Shown here: piece after piece, positions 12,581 to 27,240 of the stretch
Layout of the letters: each line of letters begins with the position of its first letter
How positions within the stretch are numbered: position 1 is the stretch's first letter
Source of the DNA: Eledone cirrhosa
Lineage: Eukaryota
Assembly: GCA_964016885.1 (NCBI GenBank)
Contig: OZ024740.1
Location: forward strand, 188,294,001 to 188,358,000
Direction: 5' to 3'
DNA: 64,000 nucleotides
Program-made: the position numbers and the translations under genes
The notes under the pieces: generated by a model
What the model saw: only the letters and a program-made list of their open reading frames with translations
Told to the model about the DNA's origin: nothing
Database searches by the model: none

Positions 12581-13899
12581 GAAGTATATGTATATATATA
12601 TATATATAATGTAAAATGATGATGATACATACACACATACATACATACATACTTTCACACACACATGCTCACACAACACTGATTTCCACCTATTTGACCA
12701 CTAAGCTGCAGCCACAGTTTATATTTTAAGGAAGGACATAAATAAACGGTAACAGATGCTTTTAAGAAGGGTCACCATGGATATAAATAGAGATATACAA
12801 CACTACACAGACGCACATTCATTCCCCTAACAACACTCTATTATTTATGAAAAAACACGGAAGTCACATTGATTAGCCTATGTTTAAATATAAGTTGAGG
12901 TATTCACAACTGAAATGCCTTCGTGTATTGGAGGCTGACCTGGAACTAAACACCACTAATAACATGTATACTTCATAGTATGTGTATTTTGAACTGAAAG
13001 CATTGTAACATACCTATATATTAGGGCAGCAGAATCATACTTCCTCATTTACCAAACACCAAACTTAGACAGAAAGCTGCTGTGTCCTTCATGGTAGAAC
13101 CCCACCATGATCTCACTTAATTTACTGAAAATCTCATAAGTGTATGTGTGCATGTATTGCAATATTTGAATTAGCATACAGCAATATGAATTAGGGCTTT
13201 ACTAAGTTTTGCCAAATTGATTTAACAAACAGCTATTCAAGATTGTTTTTGTTTTCACTCCCTGTTCAACTTTTGTGCTATATTAGTTAATCACATGCAT
13301 TTAGACACTTCATCATACTTCAGAGTGAAACTAGTAGAATGTAGAGGAATTTTCCACCAATGACTTAAATATTTCATTTATTCATTTTTTTTTTTTAAAT
13401 TAGGTCATAATGGTAGTTGTAGCAAACTAATGATCTCCATTATCTTGTGTTTTCTATCACATGTTATTTTTCTCTCAGTATTTGTAAACAGAAATTAAAA
13501 AAAAACACGAAATATATTAATATTTATTTTTTGCCACCATTCTATATTTTAGTGATGCAATATTTATAACAAATAGCTAAATTTTGAAGAGAGATGGTAT
13601 TTTACAGGTAAAGGAAAACATTCTTCAGCTGACATTCTTCTTGGAATTTAATAATCAATGTAGTTTTAGCAATTGATTCAATATTTCATGAGGACTATAA
13701 AATTTCAAATATAGCATAAGACTAGTTTATGTAATGAGACAAGATTTAAATGGAAATCTGAGAAATGATATGAAGTGTGTATTGGTGTCTTTAATCTAAA
13801 ATGTGTTGTGAATTGGGCATATGCTCAAATTAGCTGAAAGAACCCATAGGTATTCTAGACAGATATCAAGTGTTTTTTTTATGAATTACAGTGCCTATG

Positions 13900-14230
13900 A
13901 TCTTTGTAGAGTCTTTGGTAAGATTGATACACCTGATTTTCTATTTGAACCTTTTTTATAAATCAATATCTGTAGGAAAAACCCCATTCTAGATGTTTGG
14001 AGATCAGATTGAAATGTGCTTAGTAAAAGATTTGATGCCTGAAATACTATAGGGATTTGAAGAGAGAAGTGACGGGTGCATTGGATGAACATAGGTAGCA
14101 GTGATGTGCACTTTACTTATTTAAAGGACCTAGAATTGTTCTGTTAGAAGACGTGTTAATTAGAAGTGATATAGCTGTGAGAAAGTTGTTTTAGTGTTGA
14201 AGGTATAACTATTAATTGATTAGCATACTG
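13900..14230 (-). mobile_element. Possible very old LINE (CR1/Jockey group) RT remnant
   Basis: Minus-strand STFQSDLQTS..(L)EWGF resembles the post-YADD region SLNSDLQTILEWG; weak match. Confidence 0.3.
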
Positions 14231-14472
14231 AATAATCTTGTCAAATATAGCAAATTGTAGTTAGTATAGGTGTCATAGATGATTCATTTTTTAGATGACT
14301 ATTAAGTTTTATCTTACAACATTCTGATAGTGTTAAAATAAGGACAGCTATGTCATCAAATCATGGAGGTCTTATTTCTTGACAATTGGTGATAGATTAA
14401 AAGACCCTTGTGCATATGCAAGCTAAATACAGTACAGCAATATAATATACTTATGCATTATGTAGTAATTTC

Positions 14473-14660
14473 GGTGGATTGGCAGTATCGGTAGAGGGTC
14501 GGATGCCATGCTTTGATATATAGAGTTACGGCCCTTGCCAGTCTGAGTTCAAATCCCGCCGAGGTTAACTTTGCCTTTCATCCTTACGGGGTCGATAAAA
14601 TAAAGTACCAGTAATGCACTGAGCAATTGCTGGCCTTGTGCCAAAAGTAGAAACAATTAT
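14473..14660 (+). mobile_element. Young SINE family A with 16-bp TSD
   Basis: B-box gagttcaaatccc; core gcctttcatccttacggggtcgataaaataaagtaccag; TSD attatgtagtaatttc at 14457-14472 and 14656-14671. Confidence 0.92.
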
Positions 14661-16730
14661 GTAGTAATTTCAGTTACCATTGTTACCAACTCTAGTACCT
14701 TTATATAATCTGCTATGAACATTTTTTTTTTATTCAATATATGGAACTAGAACCATAGTAGCTTTCTACTTTTCTTCATTGATAGAAATTATGATTTTAA
14801 ACCATTTAATATTGAAGGAAGAGTCTGTTGTGTCACTAATTCTACTTTTGCTTCCATATTTCCCTTGATATTTGGCATTTGTATGCAACTGAAGCATTGC
14901 CATAAAATTAGTGTTAATGTCTTCCACATTTTATTACATTCTATTTTAGAATTGATTTTATTCAATGCTGATAGGAAATTAATTCTAGCATCTGATTTAT
15001 TTCTAGGTGAGCTAAGTTATTCCCATTATAAATCTGTCCATACAGGAGTATCCTACTCATTATGAACAGTTAAAGTTATTCATATTTCTGAGTTTTAAAT
15101 CCTATAGGATTAACTACATCTAGTAAAATATAATTTTAATTAAAATCAATTTAATATCTATCTGTATTAGGAAAATGTGTCACATTGACAACCCCTGAAT
15201 ATAAGCAAATTTTGATCTTTTAGAGTTTTGATCCCACAGAGATTAATTATCATTAATTCTGGCACCCAAGTTATCATTTAATGTCCCCTTTCCTTGCTAG
15301 AAATATTTGGATGGGTCTACATAGACCAAGTCAGTACTTCGGTGGGACTACTGATCTCATAGTCATGCCAAGAGGTCTGCATGCTGCTTACATATGGTCA
15401 TACGTTATGGTGTAGTAAATTAATTGATTTCATACAACCAACTCTACAATGCTGGAAATTGATCAGTTGAGTGAAATTAAATTTAACTTCTAAGTAATTT
15501 CATTTCTATTTCTCAGAAATATGTTGCTTGACTGTTGAAATCATAATGATAGCAATCACAAAATACACTTGAATATATTAATATGATGAGCATAGCTTCT
15601 AGATTTCAACTGTTAGAATAATTTTGCCTGTTATGCAATATAACTTCATTGTTGTTTTATTGAATCTTGATGAATGGGGCAAGGCTAAAACTACTTTAGA
15701 TTTGAATGGAAAATTGTTTTGATCTAATGATCTTGTAGGACCTAACATATCTAATGAGTGTATATGATGAATACCTAGCAATCCTGTCACCCTTATAAAT
15801 AAACGCATCTCACAATAAAATACTCATTGTTTCCACTTTATTCAAAATCTGCAATAAATCTCATAGCTTTCTGCTTGGAAGCTTCTAATAATTTTCATTC
15901 CATTCCAAGTACCGTAAAATTTTCAGTTGCCTTATTTAAATTAAACAATAACAAAATTATCAAAATTATATAATATATCATCTAACTATTTATTTTGTTT
16001 TAATTCATTAGCTTGAATTTTAGATTAATAAGAACAGGCATAAACAAATGAATGTGTTTCATTTGATTAGAATTATCTTTTATTCATATAAATATATTTC
16101 ATTTTACAGCTTTTATTATGTTAATTGTGATATGAAATAAAATAAGGCTCTGCACAAATTTATTCAGCATATGCTTCTAATCAAAATGCTGAATAATAAT
16201 ATCACATTTGATAGGACTTCAACAGTTGCAATATTTGATTGTTTGTTCTCCGGGGGGGAGGGGGGTCGGTAACTTACCGATAGTCACACCAGTAGACATT
16301 TTGCAAAGAAGGTCAAGATACAAATTATAAAACAATATTACTTTTTCTCTCATGACATATATCTTGCTTTATGCAGTGTCTACTTGTATTTATTGATGGG
16401 ACCAAGCTGTTGAGACTTGATATTCTATCTAAGATTGAAGGCCTATCACCATTAGCCAGATCTTAGAGAACCCGTTTTCCTGTTATGAGGTTATTTATAG
16501 AATATAAAATCTGACAAATTGTCAAAGAGTTGGAATAGACAAAACAACACTGGAGAAAAATACAGTCATGATATATTTCAGATTAATGGTTGATATAATA
16601 TGAAAAGCACTTTAATTTGTAAATTAATAATTCATCAGAAGATAGAATGAGAGATAGAATAACAAATAAGATAGGTGAAAGTTAGAAAAGGAAGAAACAA
16701 GAAACAAAATTTCAGCCATTTTGAATGTTC

Positions 16731-16808
<78 letters not shown>

Positions 16809-16810
<2 letters not shown>

Positions 16811-17250
16811 TCAAGGGGTGACTGAAAAGTTTTGAGGCTCCAAGAAATGGTAGCATATAAAAATATTTTCTTGGTTTATTTTTCAACATAATCTCTGTTT
16901 GAGTCCACACACTTCTTCCAATGGTGCCGAAGTTCCTGGATCCAGCTGGAGTAGAACTCCTTTGCTTTGTCCTCCTGCTAGATGTCCACAGCATCTATGA
17001 TCTCACCATTTGTGGCGCAGTGTTGTCTGGTCAAATCCTTTTTCATGTTTGGGAACAGGTGGAAGTCATAGGGTGTGAGATCTAGCATGTATGGTGGATG
17101 AGGGGCATGTTGAAACCCACAGCAATGGATTGTTGTGATTGCCTCAACAAATGTTTGGGCAGGAGCATTATTATGATGGAACGAGTACTCTTTCGTCAGT
17201 TATCCTGGCCTTCTCTTTTTGATGTCCTCATGCAGACGTTTAAGCACCAA
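16809..17250 (-). mobile_element. Mariner (Tc1/mariner) transposon remnant: 3' TIR and transposase C-terminus
   Basis: TIR-like ta|ctcaaggggtgactgaaaagtt next to (TA)n. Minus strand reads HHNNAPAQ..HPPYMLDLTPYDFHLFPNMKK (cf. HDNAP..HPPYSPDLAPSDFHLF). Confidence 0.88.
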
Positions 17251-17254
17251 GAAG

Positions 17255-17750
17255 ACATCAGGGTAGCAAGGAGCAATCAGGGCAGCAATCTTATATTCTT
17301 GCAGAACCTTCCACAGCAGGTCTCGAGGAATGAGGTCATATGCCCATTCAAGGTCGACAAAACAAGTATATACATCTTGGCAATCATCCCATGATTTCTC
17401 AAAAACCTGCTGCTGTGTGAATATCTGGTCAGCTGTGCTGTGTCAGGTGGGAAAACCACACTGTTCATCAGCTAGCTTGAACTTGACAATTTTCCTGCAT
17501 CCCTTTGCCAGACACTTAGCATAGAGATTATGGGGTAGGCTTAACAAGGAGATCTGTCTGTAATTGGAACAATCTCTCTTGTCTTCCTTTTTGAAAATTG
17601 GGATTATCAATCCTGATTGTCATTGCTGAGGTGACTTTCTCGAGATCCAGGCCACACAGCACACATGAGTCAACCAGAGAACACCTTCTTTATTTAAGGC
17701 TTTTAAAATCTCAGGCTGAATTTCATCTTACCCAGTGGATTAATCTCATT
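17255..17750 (-). mobile_element. RTE LINE RT fragment (N-terminal RT motifs) abutting the mariner
   Basis: Minus strand KALNKEGVLWLTHVCCVAW and EQCGFP..STADQIFTQQQVFEKSW..DVYTCFVDLEWAYDLIPRDLLWKVLQEY. Confidence 0.88.
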
Positions 17751-17854
17751 TACTAAAAAATGTTGATTAACAAAATGTGCATATGTATATATATTTCTAG
17801 GTTTATCAATGTACATGTGTCGATATGCTGCTATATATATATATATATATTTAA

Positions 17855-18095
17855 TCATCATCACTATCGTTTAACATCTATTTTCCACTATAGCAAAGGT
17901 TGGACGAGTTGACCTGTTGTGATACAAGTGAGATTGCTCATACAAATTGTTTCTGGCTTGGTTTCTATGGCTGGATATGCCATTCCTAAAACCACCCACA
18001 TTTAAATTATTGACTGGGTGCCTTTTATTATGGCACCAATACAACCAACGGACAGGTTGGACTAGGTGATTTTTGTTGTGTCACCAACAACCACG
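17855..18095 (-). mobile_element. RTE 3'-UTR module C fragment
   Basis: catcatc..tcgtttaacatctattttcca..tagca..ggttggac tail, then tttctatggctggat and ctgggtgcctttt units. Confidence 0.7.
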
Positions 18096-20141
18096 TTGCA
18101 CGTATATATACATATGTATATATATAATGTGTGTGTGTGTACATGTGTATGGGTGTGTCTGTATTGATTTTCTATTGTTTACTAATTGTTCATTATTGCC
18201 TCTTAATTTGGCTTTGTACTCTACATAACTTAGTAAATTTCTTTACCTGAATTGTGTGTCAAATCTGTTAATGTTATCTGTACTCTATCTAATAGTGCTC
18301 CTTCTAATTATAACATTTGGCTTTTATACTTGTTCTAAGAATATTTACTTTGTATATTAAATCATTACATAAGTGTTGGATGCCCAAACCTATATTATTG
18401 TTACTGTAATGTTTGTCTAGCTACTAGATGAGTAAGTTACTGTTTGATACAGTGATTTTATTCATCTTAGTGTAAGTTACAAAGCCTTTCATCAAGAGAA
18501 ATGCATTTACTGATATGAAATTATTTGTAAATGTAACTTTAATTCTATTAAGCAACTTTTAATATCTTTATTCAAAATTATTTAAATGGTTTTTTCCATT
18601 CTAAGCTTGAGGAAAAAGATATTCTTAGTTATAATTTACATTCATTATACAGTTCGTGAGTATATAATAGATTATTTACTATGTTAAAAGGAACACCTTC
18701 AAACATTGCAGACAAGTAACAATCAAATAGCCAGTTGAAGACACATATATAATAGATGACTTTCAATAATGTTCTTTTACTATACAATATAGCAACAAAA
18801 CATCTAATGTGCTTCATTCTTTAAAATACCTATGTCTAACTGAAAAATATAACAAAGAAAAGAAACAGACACAAAGTATGATAACATGACAATAAATGTA
18901 TACACAGTCAGAATAAAAACAAAATCACAATATATATGTTAGATAGTATTCAGAAAACATTAGTAAAATACATTTTATGTAAGAAATAATAGAAAACACT
19001 AATGAATGCCAATATATGTATAAAAAAAAACTTTGGGAAATTCATGCCATCGGAATATGAAAATAAAATGAAACATACATTTCTTAATAACTATATTCTT
19101 GTAATTTTCTGTAATATGTTCTCTGGTATAGGGAAGAAGCTTACACTTTTATTAATTATTAACCAAGTTTTATCACTGCATTTATCCAAATTAAAGGAAT
19201 AATATGAGTATTCTAATTATGCTGCCATAGAGTAATTAACAAGATACACTTAGATACTAATTGATGACTTATTTGCCAACTTCTGAAGTCATATTATGAT
19301 GGTGTATTGTTTACTTTTGTATTGCTCTAATAAAGTTAAATAAAGGATTGTCAATCTTGGACAATTAATAACCTGATATACCAAGAGCCAATGAAATTCA
19401 AATATATTCTGTAAAATGTTAAAGTTTCATAGTATTGTGTACTCTCCCAAACTATTGGATGACCTCATATCATTCAGATCACACTGAATTTTAAGAGGCA
19501 GCTTCATACAGGCAGATACTATTCCTGATACCAACACCTTTGGTTATCCCATGCTATGCAAGAATGGGGTGTACTTATTAAAACAACAGGAAGTATTTAA
19601 GTAGAATTTTATTTCATTGATTTTACTTGAAATGTCCATTATCAGAAAAAAGCAAGCAAAAAGGTTTCAGAATCCATCTACATATACACAACACTGTTAT
19701 TTTGTTACAATTATCTATCATGAAATATTGCTTGTAAGACTGCAATTTATCTTGTATGTAATAAAGTTCCCATTGATGGAGGCTTTTTAATTAAGTATCG
19801 TCTGTGATATTTCTGAAAAGAAAACATATTGAAGTAGAAATTGGCAATTATTTGCAAGACGTACTAGACAACAGATATAAGTTAAAAACTAAACTTAGAT
19901 ATTTGAATATCACTAGTGCGTTTGGTAATACCCAAATGTTAAAAGATTAAAATCTATAAACAATAGGTTACATTCTTTTTATGGGCAAACTACAATGTAC
20001 ATTAATTATTAAAAACTTTAAAATAGCTGTTCATTATTATTACATTTTAATAAACTTAAACATTATAATTTACTCTTGATAAAAATACCTACTGATTTTT
20101 TTATTTCAGTTTTAGACATTTATTATTTAAAATAAGCATAG

Positions 20142-20330
20142 GACGGTGGATTGGCAGTATCAGTAGAGAGTCGGACGCCATGCTTTCCAGCATAGTTACG
20201 TCCCTTTACGGTCTGAGTTCAAATCCTGCCGAAGTTAACTTTGCCTTTCATCCTTACGGGGTCGATAAAATAAAGTACCAGTAATGTACTGGGTCATTGC
20301 TGGACTTGTGCCAAAAGTAGAAACAATTAT
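20142..20330 (+). mobile_element. Young SINE family A with 20-bp TSD
   Basis: TSD attatttaaaataagcatag at 20122-20141 and 20326-20345; full head, core and tail. Confidence 0.92.
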
Positions 20331-21931
20331 TTAAAATAAGCATAGAATTTTAGCATAAGATTTGGTACTCTTACATAATTATTTGTCTTCCTGTTTAAGC
20401 TCATTTTATACATGTGTGGATATGCGTAGTGTATACAAATCTGTTGAGGAAATCAGATAAAATAGTTGATACTCATAGTAAGCAAGTAAGAAAACTAAAT
20501 CGTTTTACAATACCCACCTCAGGGAATCTATATTCTGAGTTTAAATCATAACAGAATGGTTTTCAGCCCAACCCCACCACCATCACACTAGTCACCTATC
20601 ATTTATAATTATGTACTAACTGTTAGGAAAAAGGCATTTCATTTGGAAAAGAGAGAAACCAATTAATTAGGAAGTATGTACTAACAAAAATAAGATATTA
20701 ATAAAAATATTTATTGCAATTAAAGAACAGTGAATCCCAAAATATAGAGAGAAGATATTATTAAATATTTTGTGTAAATGGTAAAGTAACTAGAAACAGT
20801 GAGTCCATAGAATTAACCTATAATATATGTGTGTAGATAAAAAGTACATTATAACAATCTAATTGCAGAAACAAATGAATAGACAGTAATTCTGTCATAG
20901 ATACATTCAATACAACTCATTAAACATTGCAATTTAAGTTCTTTGTTTAATATTGCCAGAATTAATGTTTTATTTTTCTCCCTTAAACATCTCTGACCAT
21001 CAACTATTGTTATCTAAGACATATTTCTCAATACAAAATTTCTAGATTACATAGTTATCTCTGCCAATGTACTCCACAAACTTTTTCTCTTTTTATGATT
21101 ATATAGCTTTTGATGCAATCTTTGTGGCAATATTTATCTAGAAATTGAAGTATTGGGGCTATTTTCAAAATAGCTCAACTTAGAGGAGATTTCAACACAT
21201 TTTAAATGATTTAATAAAAATGCCAGATATAAAACCATAGAAAATATTGTTTATGACAAGTTCTTCTTTTGTCACTTGCATTGTGTAATTTTAGCACTCA
21301 CCTTTCATACAAGTATGCTGAAATTCTCCTCATCAGAATTTGAACTGATTTACCAATTATTGTACCTAAGTTTGCATCTAAAAATATGCATGATATATTT
21401 TAGACTTAATTTTTTTTACAGTTATATGATAAATTTGTTTTTTCTGATAATTAGAAATAGGGTAAATGTTTGAAAATGTTTCCTTTTAAGACCCGGTAGT
21501 TAATTCAAATTGTTAGAATTTTTATTTAATAATTTACTGTACTTTTTAAATGATTTATTTATTAGGGGGAGAACTAAACTAAAATATTTAATATCCAATA
21601 GAAGCTTTCATGGAAGGAAATAGTGTCATTAACGTATGTTAATAATTCTGTATTGAAATACATCCTAAACGGAAAATATAATAAGAAAGAATGAAATGTT
21701 GTTTATTAATTCATACAGATACTGTTTAACTAATCACATGCTTATCATTCTACCAGTTAGGATATATTATCCTCTTACTGTTTTATTTTAATGATTATAA
21801 ATACATTAATTTATTCTTTTATTGGTTTCAGTCATTTGACTGTGACCATGCTGGGGTACCACCTTCTGTGCCTGGTACATATTTCATTTATTTAGAAGAA
21901 AGGCATAACTGAATTAGGATTAAAATGATGG

Positions 21932-21991
<60 letters not shown>

Positions 21992-22435
21992 ATTGTTAGA
22001 GAATACAGTACCGACTTTTTGAACAAATATATTTATTGGTTTCAGAAATCAGATCAAAATCCAGTTCATAAACATAAAAATTATCGATTATATAATCGAT
22101 AAGAATACAACTGAATACAACTGAACCAAGAACTGACCTCATCTTCAGAACCAAAAAGTAAATAAACCTAAAATTCAAAACTGCATGTCACTGATGGTAG
22201 GGACTACAAAACGATGAAAAGCAACCTGTACACGTTATCATTCGAAGGTCTGAAACAGAATTCAAATACATTCTAAAATCAAAGAAGTTAACCACTTGTC
22301 TTGCACTTCATATGCAGTGAGCACACTGTCCTCTTCACTAATGGCTTATAGTTCTCACAACTAATCTCCTGTCACTCCTTCTTGATTGGTTTGTACACAT
22401 ATCGGTTTGTATATATGGATAGATAGATATATAGT

Positions 22436-22745
22436 TATCATCACCATCATCATTGTTGTCGTTTAACATCCACCTTTCATACTAGCATATGTTAGACAGA
22501 TTGTCCCATTTGGGTCAGTGCACCATATCCTGCTCATACAGAACTGTTTCTGTCTAGATTTCTACAGCTGGATACCCTTCCTGATGCCTACCACATTTAT
22601 ACTGTGTGCTGGGGCTTTTTCCCTGACTCCTACATTACAACTTTTCAGTGTGGACTGAATGCTTTTTATCATGACACTTACACGACCACTTTACAGTGCC
22701 GGCTGGATGCCTTTTTGTGATACCAATACAACTTTAGAGTGCAAG
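22436..22745 (-). mobile_element. RTE 3'-UTR module C fragment with ~43-bp internal repeats
   Basis: gtcgtttaacatccacctttcatactagcat tail; tttctacagctggatacccttcct; repeated accactttacagtg units. Confidence 0.75.
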
Positions 22746-24324
22746 GGTGGTGTGTGCTGAGTGGGAGGTTGGGTGTACACACACACACACACACACTTAT
22801 ATATACATATATATATACATATATATATACATATATATATACATATATATATACACACACATATATATAGATATATTTACATACATATATACACACATAT
22901 ATAGATATATGCACATACATATACACAAACATGCACACACACACACACACACATATATGTTTACATCTCCATGATTATTAATCCAAGTTTATGATAAAAG
23001 ACAAATTGCCATGGTACAACATACTTTGAGGAAACCTGGAATCACATCATTACTAAGTATATATGAGAAAATTCTATTTTTTATGATAGATTTGAAAAAT
23101 TATAATTTTGAAGAAGTTTATTAAATACTTGAACTAAAACGAAGATGTTTTTTGTCATGCCTAAGCAGGACACACTTCCTGATATGGTGTGGATTTGAAA
23201 GTTAAGAAATGAAAGTACAATTTAAACAACTTACATTTAATAGTTGGAATAACATTCAAGAGTTAAAATATTGTGGAAAGGTTTTTAATTCAATTATGTC
23301 ATATTTATTTTTCTTTTAATATGTAATATCTCATCAAAAGATGATTTTATTGGACATTCCTCTTTATTTCATATAGTTGCTGACGTTTATGTAGCTGCTG
23401 TCGATTATTGTATGTGCTTATAAAGTTCTGCAAGAAAAATATTTGTACCATAATTTAGTACATTTTAATATAATGATATGATATCACTTCAAAAATCATA
23501 CTTTTCTGTTTCTGTGCATGAGAGACAGATAGAAAGAACATAAACAGAGTAGGAAAGAAAAGGGAAGCATTTGTGTGTGCTTTTGCTTTTATATTCTGAA
23601 TTAATATATTTTTCTGGTAATTTCTTTTTACTAATTTAATTCCCGTACAGATTTTATATGAAATATATTCTGTAATATTAATCTTTAATGTGAAATATAT
23701 GTAATATTCAACTTTAGCTTTTAAAATATAAAGAAATTTGTTTCCCAGCTCCTTATAACTGAGATAAACTGCATCATCATACTGTCAGTTTTAAACTTTT
23801 ATTAGCTCTTTTATAATAATATTTTAATAATAAAAAATGAAGTTCGATTTTAATTTTATTATTTCAAGTTATATATTTTTATGAGAGAGTAGGTAATATA
23901 TTACAAATAAATATTTTTTATAAATTTAGATGTAAAATTTCTTACTAATTGAAATTGTGAGTGAAATGTATTGTACTTTATTTTTTTCAACTTATTGAAA
24001 TTTCATCAATATCACTGCTGTTATTATAATTTATATACATTTTTTCTTCCATGCTTGCACGAGCTTTCCCAAAGTGATAATATGTATATTATATGTGCAT
24101 ATATGTTTATGAATGTATGCATGAATTAAAACTATATCTGGAAGTGAATTTTTGTATAATTTGAAAGTTTATTTTATGAGAACTGAGCATCTATTGTCCT
24201 TTAAGAATTTTAGTTGATTAACTTGAAGTGTTCAGGTCTAATGTTGAAAGCATGTGTGGGTTTTAATAGTAAGGTTTTTAAATCATCTTTAAAAATGTTT
24301 AAATCTTACTAACATTAAAAAAGT

Positions 24325-24600
24325 ATGTGGCCTAGCAGAAATGCTGTGGGACTTATGATCATAACCTCTTGGGTTCAATTCCTAGACTGGGTTGTGTGTT
24401 GTTTTTGAGCAAAACACTTCATTTCCTATTCCTCCAGTATGCTCAGCTAAAAATGAGTACCAGCAATAGGTGGGGTTTAACTCAGTGATGGACTGATGCC
24501 TTCCAGTGGGAGTCTTGTACTCTCAGTCACTTAAAACCATGGAAAATGTGATAAGCACTGGCCTGATGAGTCTCAGGGCTCAAGACAGACTTTAGATTTA
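24325..24600 (+). mobile_element. CORE-like tRNA SINE with a V-domain-like tail
   Basis: ggttcaattcc B-box; tgagcaaaacacttcatttc..ctccagt..tcagctaaaaatgag core; tail cagtgatggactgatgccttccagtggg...ggcctgatgagtc..agacttta. Confidence 0.7.
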
Positions 24601-26904
24601 GTATCAAGCCCACTACTAGCATTATTGAAATTGGTTGCGAAGGTGATTAGAAATCATTGATAAAATAGATATTTACCCTTTTAATCTTTTCATACTTCTT
24701 ATTTGTTTCCTTTCACTATTTATTTGCATTCATGTTTCACATGTCTTCTTCTTGTTTCTGTTGCTTTCAGGAATTCATTTCATAAATACATAAAGTATCA
24801 AACCATATGTAGTATAGTGAATTTGATGGTATATTTGTCATTCTTAGTGTTGCTTGCTTTCTATTTGTAGTTCATATGATGTCTGTATAGGGATGCATTA
24901 TCTTTGAAGGCATATCTATGTACATCATGTTTTGACATTCTCAAGTCAATTTCTTAGAAATATATTTTCAGAAAACTATGTAATACAAACACCAACAATT
25001 CATTCATTCTACTTGGTGTGAAGGGAAGAGAATGAAATATTTATTTTAACTCAGTTAAGGTAGTAGATGGATTTGAAGAAACGATTGTATTGGATCTTAT
25101 TGAATAAAAGGATATTCAAATAATATTTCAGAATAAAGATATAATTACATTTAAAACACGCTGATGGACCATTAACAATTTAGAGAATATTGTTCAATTG
25201 GGAATTTATTCCACTTACCTCTGTAAATTTAACCGAAAATAAAATCAATAATTTTGTACTACAGAAGGTGCTATGCTGGTGTGAAAATGTGCTCTTAAAA
25301 TTCAAATATTTAAATTTCTCAGCCCATCATTCCTTTGAGTCAATTTCATAAAAGGAAGGAAAGCAGAATGTTTCTTCTTTTCTTCTAATGATTATCTGCC
25401 TGGAAATACAGAAGTAGGATGAATATTGGAAATAAGTTTCTATTTATATAAATTGGAGGAATAAGATATTTCAAGTATTTTTGCAATATCACAAAACATA
25501 TTTTTATTATTTTTATTTGCCAGTGGTACAGGTCAGCCATTGATTATCTCTGTTTTTACTTAAAACCAACTTACATTACAGTATATAATCAATCCTTTAC
25601 TCTTCGATCTAGTTAGTTCATGTATTAAAATAACATAATCTCAGGTTGATGGTATAATGGAGAATTGAATTTTTGCATATGGAATAGATGGTGTCAATTT
25701 GAGAAAATAAATATAAAATAAACAATAATGTTTTTTTTTCGAATTAGAATATTTGACATCAAGATTAAAGTAGTGATGTTAAATTCGGTTGACACTGACA
25801 GAAAGTCTATATTAAAATCTACAAAAACAGAGGCAATCTTAGGTTCTTCATGTTACTCTTGATGAAATATGATTTCATCTATATTTCGTGCTCAACATTT
25901 ACCCCACTTCAAATATCGTAGGACTAGAAAATCTACTTTTTCAGTAAAAATTAAATTAAAAATAAATATTATAGAAATATGAGGATTTGTTCGATAGCTT
26001 GAAACTTTATACTTAATAACAGAAAGAAAAACATTAGGTTGTTCTTAACACAAGCATCTCCCTGTGGTTAAGGAGTTTGCTTCACAACCATGTGATTTCA
26101 GGTTTATCCAATCCCTTATCAGTGAAATTTTATACATACACACTGTGTGGAACCCCATTGTGTGTGTACACATTTATATATCTTTTGCTGATGCATATTT
26201 ATGAGAGATGAAAGCAGTGCTAAAAATTGGTGCTCTATCAAAAAACACCTGTCAGAATGAAGTACTTTGTCCCAAGTTACAGAGGTTCCATTTATGATTC
26301 TCATTTTCAGAAATACAGTGAAACCTCTAAATGGCCCACTGAAAACTATAACCAGTGATCTCATTGTTCATAAATTGCAATATAAGATAATTAGATAACT
26401 CATTTCTGACATTGAGAAAAGGATTTAAACAACTGAGATGAGAAACTTGACCAGAAGGACAATTTGCTTACAAATAATGACTAAAGTACAAGGTACATTA
26501 ATGACAAACACATGGCAGCAGCACTATGTTGTAAAAGTAATATAATAATAAGAAGAAGAATTGGTAGGAGCATCAACCACCTCCTGTTTTGAAAAGGATC
26601 ATATTTCAATTTTGTGGACCTTTAGTGTTGAAACAGACAGTAAAATAGATACAAATAGGCCCCTGATATAATATTGAAGGAATTTCAACGGGATGTATGC
26701 CTCTAATTGACGTGACCATTCCTATAGACAAGAGTGTATCTCTTAAAACATTTGAAAAATTGGAACCTCCCATATACTAAGTAAAAATGTGTTCGTCCAA
26801 CAATTGTTACATCTAAAGATATATGCTTGTTTCCTCAATTTTTGAACATGGCAGAACTTGTTGTCTCTTAAGGTCATTGGTTCTGTCTTAGTGATAACAT
26901 GTAT

Positions 26905-27240
26905 CATGGCACAAGGCCAGCAATTTGAACAGGAGGGGATAGTTGATTAAATTGACTCCAATACTAACAGGTGCTTTCTTTTATCGACCCTCTAAGGATG
27001 AAAAGTAAAGCTAACCTAGGCAGCATTTGATCTCAGGACGTAAAGGGCCGTAACTCTCTGTCACAAAGCAGGGTGTTCGATGCTCTACCGATATCACCAA
27101 TCTACCACAAGACCAAAAATCTTTCCTCGAACATTCAAGGATGAAAGGTAAAGCGAATTTTGGCAAGATTTGTACTTAGAATCTAAAGGACATTAAGACA
27201 TTTTATTTGATGTTCTAATGGTTCTACCAATCTTTTGCTA
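26905..27240 (-). mobile_element. Two adjacent older SINE family A copies (one partial)
   Basis: ggcacaaggccagcaattt..tatcgaccctctaaggatgaaaagtaaag..tctaccgatatcaccaatc, then a second aaggatgaaaggtaaag..gttctaccaatc. Confidence 0.7.

Noticed and set aside
24563-24595. CTGATGA followed by a gtct/agac hairpin
   Set aside because: No GAAA box follows; it is part of a SINE tail.
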